Shown here one piece after another: positions 29,409-38,360 of a DNA stretch of 64,000 nucleotides. Within the stretch, counting starts at the first letter, position 1. The number at the start of each line of letters is the position of its first letter. The notes under the pieces are model-generated. The model had not been told where the DNA came from, did no database searches, and saw only the letters and a list, made by a program, of their open reading frames with translations. This DNA comes from a virus. Taxonomy: Duplodnaviria > Caudoviricetes. Position numbers and translations under genes: made by a program. The stretch spans positions 1-64,000 of the IMG/VR virus record IMGVR_UViG_3300033120_001005; one strand, given 5' to 3'.

Positions 29409-29714
29409 ATGGAAACTACTAATTTAAAAGTTGGTGACAGAATATCTGTACGTTTTGCAGATAATCACCCTTATGTATCATTAAGAGGTAAAAGTTTTGT
29501 TGGTATTATTGGAATGGTTAATAATAATGATAAAGAGTATGGTGTTCATTTACCATATGGACCAGATTATGTCTCTTTCTCAGAAGCCAAACCCTTAGTT
29601 ACTAAAGATGGTATGCCTGTTGAATGCAGAAAATGTAATTTTGTAGGTGACGTTGGAGATTTAGATTCTGACTTGTGTTGTCCTAATTGTGGAACTTTTG
29701 ATGTAATAATATAA
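29409..29714 (+). CDS. SH3/KOW-like plus Zn-ribbon protein
   Basis: LKVGDRISV start; CRKC...CPNC. Confidence 0.5.
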   Translation: METTNLKVGDRISVRFADNHPYVSLRGKSFVGIIGMVNNNDKEYGVHLPYGPDYVSFSEAKPLVTKDGMPVECRKCNFVGDVGDLDSDLCCPNCGTFDVII

Positions 29715-29716
29715 TT

Positions 29717-29926
29717 ATGAATACGTATGTTTTTGACATTAAACTGTCAACAAAAGGAGAAATTAAAGTCAGAGCCAAAAACAAAGCTGAAGCTAAAAGA
29801 ATAGCTGAAGATGATTTTGGCGGATTAGCAAAAGATTTTCATACAAGCAATAGTTCTAATTCACCAGATGAATCAGGTGTTGTTACTTGGGAAATTGAAA
29901 CACATTTAGAAACAAAAATATTATGA
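29717..29926 (+). CDS. Hypothetical protein
   Basis: IKVRAKNKAEAKRIA motif, common in small phage proteins. Confidence 0.6.
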   Translation: MNTYVFDIKLSTKGEIKVRAKNKAEAKRIAEDDFGGLAKDFHTSNSSNSPDESGVVTWEIETHLETKIL

Positions 29927-30150
29927 GCAATAACACTGAGGTAATTGTTAAATTACACAAGAAAAAAAAGAGTGAGTGGATTGAAAACGTTGATAAAGTT
30001 GTAAATTTTATTGACACTAAAAGCAATTTCATTTGCATTGAAAATGGTATCAAAGCGCACCCGGAACAATCAGATATTTCCATTGCTAAAAATGGAAAAT
30101 TTGTATTTATTGGTACATTTGAGGACCTTATTAGTAAATTACAAGCATAA
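29923..30150 (+). CDS. Hypothetical protein
   Basis: Coupled ORF. Confidence 0.55.
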   Translation: MSNNTEVIVKLHKKKKSEWIENVDKVVNFIDTKSNFICIENGIKAHPEQSDISIAKNGKFVFIGTFEDLISKLQA

Positions 30151-30197
30151 CAATAAGTATAAATTATCAGAATAAACTCAAAAAAACAATTACAATT

Positions 30198-30572
30198 ATG
30201 TCAATTTTAAATTCAGAAAACACCGTAAACAACAAATTTATTAATTTATTATCAGCTGACAACAAAACTATCAAACAAGAACGTGCTATACGTTTGGCTA
30301 ATGAAATAGAAGCTGAGGTTGATACGCTTATTACTGAAAAGAAAAAAGCATTAAATACTATTAAATCTCAAATTGCAGATTTATGTGATTTAAGCCCTTC
30401 AAATTCATACAGCTTACGTCCAGGTTCAGATAAATTTAAACCTGAAGATTGGACTAGACAATTGTTTAATGCAAAATGTCAATTACGCATTGCAGAAATT
30501 GAATATGAAGAAGCAACTAAAATTAAAACCGAATGGTTTACTACTCCTATCACTCCAGAAGTAAAAGGTTAA
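30198..30572 (+). CDS. Conserved helical early protein of Bacteroidota/crAss-like phages
   Basis: DLSPSNSYSL...F and C-terminal EWF pattern, recalled from crAss-like early genes. Confidence 0.55.
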   Translation: MSILNSENTVNNKFINLLSADNKTIKQERAIRLANEIEAEVDTLITEKKKALNTIKSQIADLCDLSPSNSYSLRPGSDKFKPEDWTRQLFNAKCQLRIAEIEYEEATKIKTEWFTTPITPEVKG

Positions 30573-30580
30573 AAAAACAA

Positions 30581-30607
30581 AAAGCAGGGTAAATCCCTGC
30601 TTTTTTT
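30581..30607 (+). terminator. Rho-independent terminator
   Basis: AAAGCAGGG-taaat-CCCTGC followed by T7. Confidence 0.85.
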
Positions 30608-30676
30608 ATATCAGCAAAACAATCAGAATATTTACATCAGAATAACACTAAATTATATAAAATCAAAATTACGATT

Positions 30677-31594
30677 ATGACAACAACAACTAATAACACA
30701 GCAGCATCTACAGTTAGAACTTCAAAAAATGATTATTTTGCAACTATTGAAGGTGCAAGAACTATTGAAAACCCTGAGTTTATAGAAATTTGGGTAAGAC
30801 AAAAAGAAGGTTCATTTATTGATAGAGTAGTTTGTTTGCCTGAGTTAAAATCTGATAGCCAAATCAGAATGAATATGGAACGTTGGAACTTTCAATTAGT
30901 GGCGCGTGTGTACGCAAAAAGCATTATTAGTATTACCTACAAAGGGTTTTATAATAGTGAAAAATCAGAACAAGATACAAGTACAGAAAAAAGAACTGGT
31001 TCAATTGGTTCGTTAATTTATGGTAACGACATTGAAAAAAATGACCCTGATGCATTAGTTTTAAACGTATTCATGTTTAAAGCATACAATTTTGTAAATC
31101 AGAAAGATTCTGATGGTAATTACATTAAAGATCAATCCGGTAAATACGCTCAAGTTCCCGTTGGTTACATTAACAATATTAGTTTTGATAATGCAGCTAA
31201 TACAGAAATGACAGATAAACTATTGTCATATAAATTATGCTGTTTACCATTAACTTTAATAATTAAAGATTTGGAAAAAATTGATATTTTGGTGTCAAAA
31301 ACTGGTGGTGCCTTTACTGTTGGTAAAGAATACATGTATGCCAAAAAAGCTAAATTAGATGCTTACATAGCTTCTGTTAATACTGCAAATACAAACCCTG
31401 AACCAGAAGTTGTTGCAGAAACAGTTTCAAATGAACAAAATGAAAATGTAGCAACGGAAACAAACAGTGTTGTTTTAAATGCAAATGTTGTTCCATTTTC
31501 AGAATTAAATCCTGAAGAATTTGCAGATGCTGTTGTTGTTCCAGAAATAACAAACAATTTTGATGATTCAGCTTCAGATGATTTACCGTTTTAA
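30677..31594 (+). CDS. Probable single-stranded DNA-binding protein
   Basis: Acidic disordered tail ending DDLPF, typical of SSB C-termini. Confidence 0.5.
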   Translation: MTTTTNNTAASTVRTSKNDYFATIEGARTIENPEFIEIWVRQKEGSFIDRVVCLPELKSDSQIRMNMERWNFQLVARVYAKSIISITYKGFYNSEKSEQDTSTEKRTGSIGSLIYGNDIEKNDPDALVLNVFMFKAYNFVNQKDSDGNYIKDQSGKYAQVPVGYINNISFDNAANTEMTDKLLSYKLCCLPLTLIIKDLEKIDILVSKTGGAFTVGKEYMYAKKAKLDAYIASVNTANTNPEPEVVAETVSNEQNENVATETNSVVLNANVVPFSELNPEEFADAVVVPEITNNFDDSASDDLPF

Positions 31595-31605
31595 TTAAAT
31601 TTACT

Positions 31606-31636
31606 AAAGCCCTCATTCAAAAGTTTGAGGGCTTTT
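31606..31636 (+). terminator. Rho-independent terminator
   Basis: AAAGCCCTCA...TGAGGGCTTTT. Confidence 0.8.
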
Positions 31637-31648
31637 AACAATAAAATA

Positions 31649-32089
31649 ATGGATAATTTAAAACCAAAAAAATGTACAAATAATAGTTGTACAATTGTTT
31701 TTTTTGTTCCAAATAATCAACTTCACATGTTACTTATATGTCAAACATGCCAATCAAAAAATAATAATATGAAAATACTTAGATTATCATTACGCAAATT
31801 ACCATTTGATGTAATGAAAACGGGTGAAAAAAAACGTGAATTTAGAAAACCATCAAAATGGATAATGAGCCGTTTAGTTGATAAAAATGGTGAACCAAAG
31901 CATTATGATTATGTTGAGTTTACTAATGGTTATGGAGCTGATAAACCTAAATTTATGGTTGAATACAAAGGATTTGAATTTTCCAAAACCTTACTTCCTA
32001 CAGCATATAGTTACTCTAATGGTTTAAGTGTTATTGTTAATAATGGTGATGTAATAATTAAGTTAGGAGAATTATATGAAAAAAAGTAA
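31649..32089 (+). CDS. ASCH/PUA-like domain protein, possibly with an N-terminal Cys motif
   Basis: LSLRKLPFDVMKTGEKKREFR...YDYVEFTNGYG is ASCH-like. Start at ATG 31649 or 31769 (the track start lies in the terminator). Confidence 0.7.
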   Translation: MDNLKPKKCTNNSCTIVFFVPNNQLHMLLICQTCQSKNNNMKILRLSLRKLPFDVMKTGEKKREFRKPSKWIMSRLVDKNGEPKHYDYVEFTNGYGADKPKFMVEYKGFEFSKTLLPTAYSYSNGLSVIVNNGDVIIKLGELYEKK

Positions 32090-32330
32090 AAAAAAGAGGT
32101 TTCCTTCATCAAACCCTCAGCTAATTAACGTATTAAAAAGCGGCTGCATTATTACGTTTCCAAACAACTATTCATTAGTTCCTAATATAGAACAGAACAA
32201 ACTACACCTAAAATATCCAATAGGTTGGAGTTACAAAGATTACAGCCTTGATAAAGAAGGCTTAAAATCAGCAATAAAAGACCAGAAACAATTATTAATA
32301 TCAGAACAAAACACTATCAAAAAAATGTAG
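32076..32330 (+). CDS. Hypothetical protein
   Basis: Coupled ORF. Confidence 0.55.
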   Translation: MKKSKKKRFPSSNPQLINVLKSGCIITFPNNYSLVPNIEQNKLHLKYPIGWSYKDYSLDKEGLKSAIKDQKQLLISEQNTIKKM

Positions 32331-32332
32331 CC

Positions 32333-32692
32333 GTGGAAGAAACAAATGAGTTAAAACTTAAAGCTGGTAAACGTTACAAAATGCGTAATGGTTTTATTAC
32401 TCCACCTTTAAAATATGTTGATAATGGTACAAGGTATAATTTTGAGGTAAAAATTGGTATTTATTTTTACTCGTGGTTATATAATGGCAAAACCCTTACT
32501 CAAGCAATTGAACATAAACATGATTTGATTGAAGAATTTAACGGATTGGAAAATTTAAATGACCAAAAATATCATTGCAACAATTGTAAACAACCATTTA
32601 ATAAGCCAAAACTCATACATGACAATGAAGATTATGAACATTGTCCACATTGTGAATCAGATGATTTTGATTTAATGCAAAAAAAAGTATAA
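32333..32692 (+). CDS. Hypothetical protein with C-terminal Zn ribbon
   Basis: CNNC...CPHC. Confidence 0.6.
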   Translation: MEETNELKLKAGKRYKMRNGFITPPLKYVDNGTRYNFEVKIGIYFYSWLYNGKTLTQAIEHKHDLIEEFNGLENLNDQKYHCNNCKQPFNKPKLIHDNEDYEHCPHCESDDFDLMQKKV

Positions 32693-32698
32693 ATTACT

Positions 32699-32729
32699 TT
32701 TGGAGTTTTAAATTTTAAAATTATAATTG
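32699..32729 (+). promoter_or_regulatory. Bacteroidota sigma70-type promoter (one mismatch)
   Basis: TTTG(32699-702)-N19-TATAATTG(32722-729) versus the consensus TTTG-N19-21-TAnnTTTG. Confidence 0.6.
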
Positions 32730-32851
32730 CAGTGTTGATTTCATAAGTGCATGTATGAATAGACTTATTTTGATACATAAAATCAAGTATGCCATACTAG
32801 GTTTTTTAAGTATAAGTTATCATTTATTTGATTACAAAATTAGCCTCTCAA

Positions 32852-32878
32852 ATATGCACATTTGAGGGGCTTTTTTTA
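32852..32878 (+). terminator. Rho-independent terminator
   Basis: GCCTCTCAAAT...ATTTGAGGGGC followed by a T-tract. Confidence 0.75.
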
Positions 32879-33125
32879 TGCCCGACAACATAAAGTTCCA
32901 TAAGTCTGTGCTGAGCGTAAGCATCTGTTTTAGCAGTATCTACTATTCTTTTAAATGTCATGTCTGGATGAAACTTTTTCCGATGGCAGCCTTCGAACGA
33001 TAACTCATAGAAAGTAAGAAAACACCTACATAGGGGTAAGGGGAAACTTTTTCTCTTACCGTCTCACTCTAATCTTTAGAAAATTTATTTTCAATCAGAA
33101 TAAAATAAAAAAAAATAAAAAAATC

Positions 33126-33497
33126 ATGGATTTAACTAACCAAGATGCCATAAAACAATCAAACATACTAATTGCTACATTTATGGGGCTTGAATGGATT
33201 GAAGAAATAAAAGAATTTCAAGACATAAAAAATCAAACTTTTTATAAAGAAGTTTTATATAATTCAGATTGGAATTTGTTAATACCTGTACTTGATAAAA
33301 TAAAATCAATTGACATTACACCAGCTCCTAATTGGAGTGGATATAGAATTGAAATAAACTATGGTAATTATGTTGAAATTAGTGGTTTTCCAATGAAAAC
33401 AATTTTTTCTAATGCTTCTATTCATAAAGGAACATTAAATGCCCTTTATATAGCTGTAGTTACATTTATAACAGAATACAATAAAACCCTTAAATAA
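33126..33497 (+). CDS. Hypothetical protein (NinX-like pattern)
   Basis: NILIATFMGLEW...YNSDWNLLIPVLDKI. Confidence 0.55.
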   Translation: MDLTNQDAIKQSNILIATFMGLEWIEEIKEFQDIKNQTFYKEVLYNSDWNLLIPVLDKIKSIDITPAPNWSGYRIEINYGNYVEISGFPMKTIFSNASIHKGTLNALYIAVVTFITEYNKTLK

Positions 33498-33498
33498 T

Positions 33499-34185
33499 AT
33501 GTTTGACTTTAATTATGGCCAATTTAGAGCCGATGTCCTTGAAAAAACTGAAATTTTCACATCAGATAATGAAATTGAAGAAGCAACTGGTGTTAATATC
33601 AGAACATTTCTTGAGTTAAGAAAAAGAAAATTAAACCCTGATTGGAGAGTCCCTACACTAAGAAATTTTATTTTGCTTTGTAATTTTATGAATTACAATC
33701 CATCTAAATATTTTTTAGATTCTGAAAAAATTGTAGAAAATATCCAAATTCAAGCATTGAATAAAATTGGTACGTTTTACAATATTTCATTTGAAAAAGG
33801 TAAAAACTCACTTATTATTATTACCCACCCTAACATAACTTTTGTTAAAGTTCAAATAGACGGTCAATTAATGATAGTAAATTACGTTCAATTAGTTGAA
33901 AAATTAAAAATAACAGAACAAATTAATCATACGTTTTCTTACAGATTAAGCTTAATTTCTCCTAAGCCAAAAGACTTTTCTGTTATTACGGCCGATGATG
34001 ACAATTTTCTAATCAGAAAAAAAATAACAGAAGAAACTGGATTTGAGTTTAAAACTCACCTACCAGAACAACCAAAAGAAGATGATTACGAAAAAAGCTC
34101 TTATGGTTTCTATTTGCACGATTTAAATAATTACCGTTTAAAAACAAGAAACATAATTCAATCAGTAATTCTAATTAACTTTTAA
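33499..34185 (+). CDS. Protein with N-terminal XRE-like HTH
   Basis: EIEEATGVNIRTF...PTLRNFILLCNFMNYNPSKYF. Confidence 0.5.
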   Translation: MFDFNYGQFRADVLEKTEIFTSDNEIEEATGVNIRTFLELRKRKLNPDWRVPTLRNFILLCNFMNYNPSKYFLDSEKIVENIQIQALNKIGTFYNISFEKGKNSLIIITHPNITFVKVQIDGQLMIVNYVQLVEKLKITEQINHTFSYRLSLISPKPKDFSVITADDDNFLIRKKITEETGFEFKTHLPEQPKEDDYEKSSYGFYLHDLNNYRLKTRNIIQSVILINF

Positions 34186-34187
34186 GT

Positions 34188-36086
34188 ATGTTTCATGATG
34201 AATTTTACCCTACACCACCTGCAATAGCAAAACGGGTGTTGCAAAAAGTAAATTGCCATGGTAAAAATGTATTAGATCCTAGTTGTGGTAAAGGTGACAT
34301 GGTAAAAACCCTAACAAGTAGGGATTTTTATTTTGAGTTCGAAAAGAATGGACATGGAATGTTTGTTACACCAAGTAATGTTTTTGGAATTGAGTTAATT
34401 CCTGATTTACAAGAAATATCAAAATCACATGGAATACGTATTTTAGGTGACGATTTTTTTGATACAGAAATTGATTTTGCTATTGATGTTATTTACATGA
34501 ACCCACCTTTTAGCAATGGAGATAAACATTTATTAAGAGCCTGGGATATTGTGGCGCCCGGTGGTACAGTTGTTTGTTTGTTAAACTTAGAAACTATTAC
34601 CAATCCTTACAGCAAAACAAGGCAAATGCTTAATAAAATCATTGTGGCCAATGGTAAAGTTGAGAATTGGGGCAAATGTTTTAAAGATGCAGAAAAAACA
34701 ACAAATGTTGATGTAGCTTGTGTTATCCTAAACAAACCAGAAGAAAAAGAACGTTTTAAATACAAAGGTGATTTTGAGAAAGAAAAAAAAATTAACCTTG
34801 ATTCTACCGATTTAACAGATACAGGTGGATTAGTCAAAATGGATTTAATTGATGCTTTGGTTGATGCTTATAGTAGTTCAAAAATAGAATTTGAAAATTT
34901 GTTAATTCAACTTAGTAAAACAAATACTATTACAAATGCATTTGCAAGGCCAAATGGTTCAGGTAATATAAATATACCTGAAATTCTTAAAAACTACTCA
35001 CATAACCCACAAACTACTTATAATACATTTTGCGCAGATTTAAAACGTAAGGCGTGGGCTTACATTATTGAAAAAACCAAAATTAGAGAAATTGCAACTA
35101 GCAAACTTAAAAGCGATTTAGATAAATTTCTTAATGAGCAATCAGATATAGCTTTTAATAAAAAAAACATTACAGCTGTTGTTGAAATGCTTTATCTTAA
35201 TGGTGGAACATACATGTATGGTGCATTAGTTGATGTATTTGATAAGTTATGTTCTTATGATGCAGAAAACAAAACTCATTGGGAAGGCTGGAAAACTAAT
35301 GACAGCTACAAAGTAAATTATAAAGTTATTTATCCCTGGGGTGTAACTTTTGACAAAACTTACAGTTCACGTCCTTGGAGTTTTAATCACAGAAATGGTT
35401 GTTTTTTTGATGATTTAGACATTGCCCTATGTTTTGTATCAGGTAACAAAATTGATAATATTCATGGCACCGAAAAAGCTATCAGAAATGCTATTGAACG
35501 TTCTAATAACAATTACGCTAATTCAACAAAAGGAGAATCTACATTTTTTGAGTTTCAATTTTATAAAAAAGGTACAATTCACCTTTGGTTTAAAGATGAA
35601 GAAACTTGGACTAGATTTAATGTTATGGCAGCTGAGGGCAAACATTGGTTACCACCTAACGATGTAAAACAAAAAGAAGCTGAAGAATGCGAAGCTGTAA
35701 AACGTAAAAAAAACGCTGAATACTCATGGATTAAGCGTGAAAAAGAACAAAATAAAAGAGAAAAATACCTAAAAGAACAAGAAATTAACTTTAATCCCCC
35801 TAACACAAGAGGTACTGAATTACTAAAAAACCTTCTTGAATATATCGATCTTAGCAAAAATGAATATGCTAATGTTATTATTGTTAATTATGAAAAATTT
35901 AAACTTGAAATACTCGATAACAGCGGAAGTTTAAAGGTTCAAATCTTTGATAACAACAATGATTTATTAGACTACAAATATTTTGATATCAGAGACGATA
36001 AAGATAAATTAATAGAACCAGCAAAAATATCAGCACAAATCAATTTATTTATAGAGGAACAAAATTATGAAAACAATCCAAGTTAA
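34188..36086 (+). CDS. N6-adenine DNA methyltransferase fused to a DUF4942-like domain
   Basis: EFYPTP, motif I VLDPSCGKG, motif IV MNPPF; C-terminal GWKTNDSYKVN...YKKGTIHLWF pattern. Confidence 0.85.
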   Translation: MFHDEFYPTPPAIAKRVLQKVNCHGKNVLDPSCGKGDMVKTLTSRDFYFEFEKNGHGMFVTPSNVFGIELIPDLQEISKSHGIRILGDDFFDTEIDFAIDVIYMNPPFSNGDKHLLRAWDIVAPGGTVVCLLNLETITNPYSKTRQMLNKIIVANGKVENWGKCFKDAEKTTNVDVACVILNKPEEKERFKYKGDFEKEKKINLDSTDLTDTGGLVKMDLIDALVDAYSSSKIEFENLLIQLSKTNTITNAFARPNGSGNINIPEILKNYSHNPQTTYNTFCADLKRKAWAYIIEKTKIREIATSKLKSDLDKFLNEQSDIAFNKKNITAVVEMLYLNGGTYMYGALVDVFDKLCSYDAENKTHWEGWKTNDSYKVNYKVIYPWGVTFDKTYSSRPWSFNHRNGCFFDDLDIALCFVSGNKIDNIHGTEKAIRNAIERSNNNYANSTKGESTFFEFQFYKKGTIHLWFKDEETWTRFNVMAAEGKHWLPPNDVKQKEAEECEAVKRKKNAEYSWIKREKEQNKREKYLKEQEINFNPPNTRGTELLKNLLEYIDLSKNEYANVIIVNYEKFKLEILDNSGSLKVQIFDNNNDLLDYKYFDIRDDKDKLIEPAKISAQINLFIEEQNYENNPS

Positions 36087-36528
36087 AGCTGAAGAATTAG
36101 TTGCAAAGTTTAATGGTGAAAAAGCATCAAATTTAAATGTTGATTTTTTATCTTCTTTTGAGCAATGGCTTATTCTTCAATTATTCGAAGAAACAGAAAA
36201 ACGACAACAAACAATAAACAAAGTTGCAGAGTTTGAATTTACAACTACTGATTTAGACTCACAAATTACTATTACGGATACATGCTGGATTACAATTCCT
36301 CTTGATCCAACTGTTGAGCCTAATTTTGAAAAAATTGAAAAAGCAATTCAAGAATATGTTGACACACAACATTCAATTACAACATTGTCAGGTAATACAT
36401 GGCAAATTGATGGTTTTGAAAGAACTGGAGCCGCAAAACTTGTAAGTAAAACAAGAAAAGCTGATGTTATTTTTGAAAGAACAGAAGAATTTGCAAGCAA
36501 AAATTACCCACTAGTTAACGAAAGATAA
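36067..36528 (+). CDS. Hypothetical protein
   Basis: Coupled ORF. Confidence 0.6.
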   Translation: MKTIQVKAEELVAKFNGEKASNLNVDFLSSFEQWLILQLFEETEKRQQTINKVAEFEFTTTDLDSQITITDTCWITIPLDPTVEPNFEKIEKAIQEYVDTQHSITTLSGNTWQIDGFERTGAAKLVSKTRKADVIFERTEEFASKNYPLVNER

Positions 36529-36529
36529 A

Positions 36530-36865
36530 ATGAGCAAAAAGAAAAAAAATGGAGCAATTACTTTAAAGCAATTCCTTCACAAAAAAAAGAACCCGGTTTA
36601 TTACGATTTGTTTGAATACCATCAGCAACAACCTCAAAAAGTAAAACGTATAATTAAAAAGTTTGAAAAAAAACTTATTAATGGTATGTCTTATAAAGAA
36701 GTTGCTTTGTTTTTAGATGAATTAGAAAAAATCAACTATACTTTTGAATACGGACTTGATTCAGAACCCTATGCGTTAAGACATAAATCAATACCATTAT
36801 ACCAAGTTTATGGTTTTAATGACAATGCTATTGTTGATTTTCCTAGTGATTTTTTTGATCTTTAA
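36530..36865 (+). CDS. Hypothetical protein
   Basis: YTFEYGLDSEPYALR motif. Confidence 0.6.
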   Translation: MSKKKKNGAITLKQFLHKKKNPVYYDLFEYHQQQPQKVKRIIKKFEKKLINGMSYKEVALFLDELEKINYTFEYGLDSEPYALRHKSIPLYQVYGFNDNAIVDFPSDFFDL

Positions 36866-36866
36866 T

Positions 36867-37376
36867 ATGAAAATTGAACACACAAAAATTCTTGAGTTAC
36901 TTCAAATTATTGAATTTAAAGTTGATGGAATTATTGATGCAGTTAGATGTGGTGATGATGGTCACATATTTTCATGTATGAGTATGCGTGATGAATTAAC
37001 AGAAGAAATCAAATTGTGGAAAGCTACTAACATGGCAAAACAAATTGAAAAAGAATCAATATCAGAAAAATATATCAGATATCAAAAAGCATCAGAAAAA
37101 CAAGACGTTGGCCTTACTTTACAAGAAAGCCTAGAGTTATTAATGGCTAATTTATATTTTTGGTTAAAAAGAAAAATTAAAAATGACGATAATATAGGAA
37201 ATGTTACAAAAAGTGACCTTAGTAATTATCTTCAAGCTTATATTGAAAATGACACCAAAATGAGCAATGATATGTATTTTGGTACATACATTTATTCAAC
37301 ATTTGAAGTTCTCAAAGATGTTGAAGAAGAAATAATTAAAATGAGAGCAAAAAACCCTCAAACAACACTTTTATAA
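36867..37376 (+). CDS. Hypothetical protein
   Basis: In-frame ATG at 36867, just after the previous stop, is preferred over the track start at 36810. Confidence 0.6.
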   Translation: MKIEHTKILELLQIIEFKVDGIIDAVRCGDDGHIFSCMSMRDELTEEIKLWKATNMAKQIEKESISEKYIRYQKASEKQDVGLTLQESLELLMANLYFWLKRKIKNDDNIGNVTKSDLSNYLQAYIENDTKMSNDMYFGTYIYSTFEVLKDVEEEIIKMRAKNPQTTLL

Positions 37377-37378
37377 TT

Positions 37379-37558
37379 ATGGCTTGGATAATTATTTTAA
37401 ATTACAACGACAAATCTGCTAGTGTAGTTGAAGTTCCTGAGAATTTACAAGATGCTCAGGAATATTTAGAAAACAATCATGGTTTTATAGAATCATCTAT
37501 GCATTACATGGATTTAGATATTGATAAATCTATTGAGTTTATCCCTTTATTCCAGTAA
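37379..37558 (+). CDS. Small hypothetical protein (59 aa, not in the ORF track)
   Basis: Translated by hand: MAWIIILNYNDKSASVVEVP...EFIPLFQ*, starting 2 nt after the previous stop. Confidence 0.7.
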   Translation: MAWIIILNYNDKSASVVEVPENLQDAQEYLENNHGFIESSMHYMDLDIDKSIEFIPLFQ

Positions 37559-37578
37559 AATAATAACGTCAGCCCCTT

Positions 37579-37602
37579 TTTTGCCAATGCAATGTTAGTG
37601 GC
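37579..37602 (+). repeat. 3' half of an attC-like site
   Basis: TTTTGCCAAT-N5-GTTA, the same arm as at 38260-38278; GTTAGTGGC is the exact reverse complement of GCCACTAAC at 37988. Confidence 0.55.
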
Positions 37603-37657
37603 TGCCGTTTTCACAATAATGCCTTGAGCGGCTTTGTAAAACTCACAAAACAACAAT

Positions 37658-37942
37658 ATGTCAGGAGATGTAAAATTTGAAGGCACACAAGAAGAATGGG
37701 ATGCCTTAGTAAAGAAAAACAATGCCGATGCTTTGGCGAAACAAGATGCTTTTTTAGAACGCTTAATCAATGAAGAAAAAGAATTAGGCGAAAAAATTGT
37801 AGGCTTGAACAAAGGATTGCAAAGTGATGGTTTCGCTCAAAAAGTTGGCGATTACCAATTTGAGTTACTGAATTTACAGCATGGTGCTATGATTACTTAT
37901 AGACGTGTTTTAATTATGAGAATTAAAGACTTGACGAAGTAA
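37658..37942 (+). CDS. crAss001_48-like coiled-coil protein (cassette A ORF)
   Basis: RL..E..EL.EKI..L...LL.LQ..AM..Y...L..RI pattern. Confidence 0.6.
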   Translation: MSGDVKFEGTQEEWDALVKKNNADALAKQDAFLERLINEEKELGEKIVGLNKGLQSDGFAQKVGDYQFELLNLQHGAMITYRRVLIMRIKDLTK

Positions 37943-37987
37943 CTCATTGTGGTTCGTAGGATGCTCGGTGTCGGGTGTCCTACGGTT

Positions 37988-38060
37988 GCCACTAACCTTG
38001 CAGATACACGCTGTAAGCATTGGATTGAGGGGAGGGAATAGCGTGTATGTGCTGTTAGCA
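37988..38060 (+). mobile_element. attC-like cassette recombination site 1
   Basis: GCCACTAAC...GCA-G-ATACACGCT // AGCGTGTAT-G-TGC-T-GTTAGCA: an imperfect palindrome bounded by AAC and GTT. Confidence 0.55.
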
Positions 38061-38080
38061 GATGTATTAAATTTATCAAA

Positions 38081-38221
38081 ATGAAAAGAAGTTTTATTAA
38101 AGATTGCTTATTCTTTCAAAGCAAAGAACCGCTACACAAATTTTTAGGTGTGTTTGTTTGGTTAAACATTTTGCAAATGTGTTTAGCCATTATCAACTTG
38201 TGGTCAAAATATTTCCACTAA
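38081..38221 (+). CDS. 46-aa hydrophobic peptide (cassette B ORF, not in the track)
   Basis: MKRSFIKDCLFFQSKEPLHKFLGVFVWLNILQMCLAIINLWSKYFH*; the stop TAA lies within CCACTAAC. Confidence 0.55.
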   Translation: MKRSFIKDCLFFQSKEPLHKFLGVFVWLNILQMCLAIINLWSKYFH

Positions 38222-38281
38222 CAGCTTGACTGGCAAGAGCTCAAAACGAAGCATTTGAATTTTGCCAATCAAAAGTTATAA
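38215..38281 (+). mobile_element. attC-like cassette recombination site 2
   Basis: CCACTAAC-AGC-TTGA-C-TGGCAA...TTGCCA-A-TCAA-AA-GTTATAA imperfect palindrome. Confidence 0.55.
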
Positions 38282-38360
38282 GTATTTAATCAGAAAAAAA
38301 ACAAACAGTATAATAAAAGTTTAAATTATCAGTATAATCAAAAAATTATTATTTAAAATT

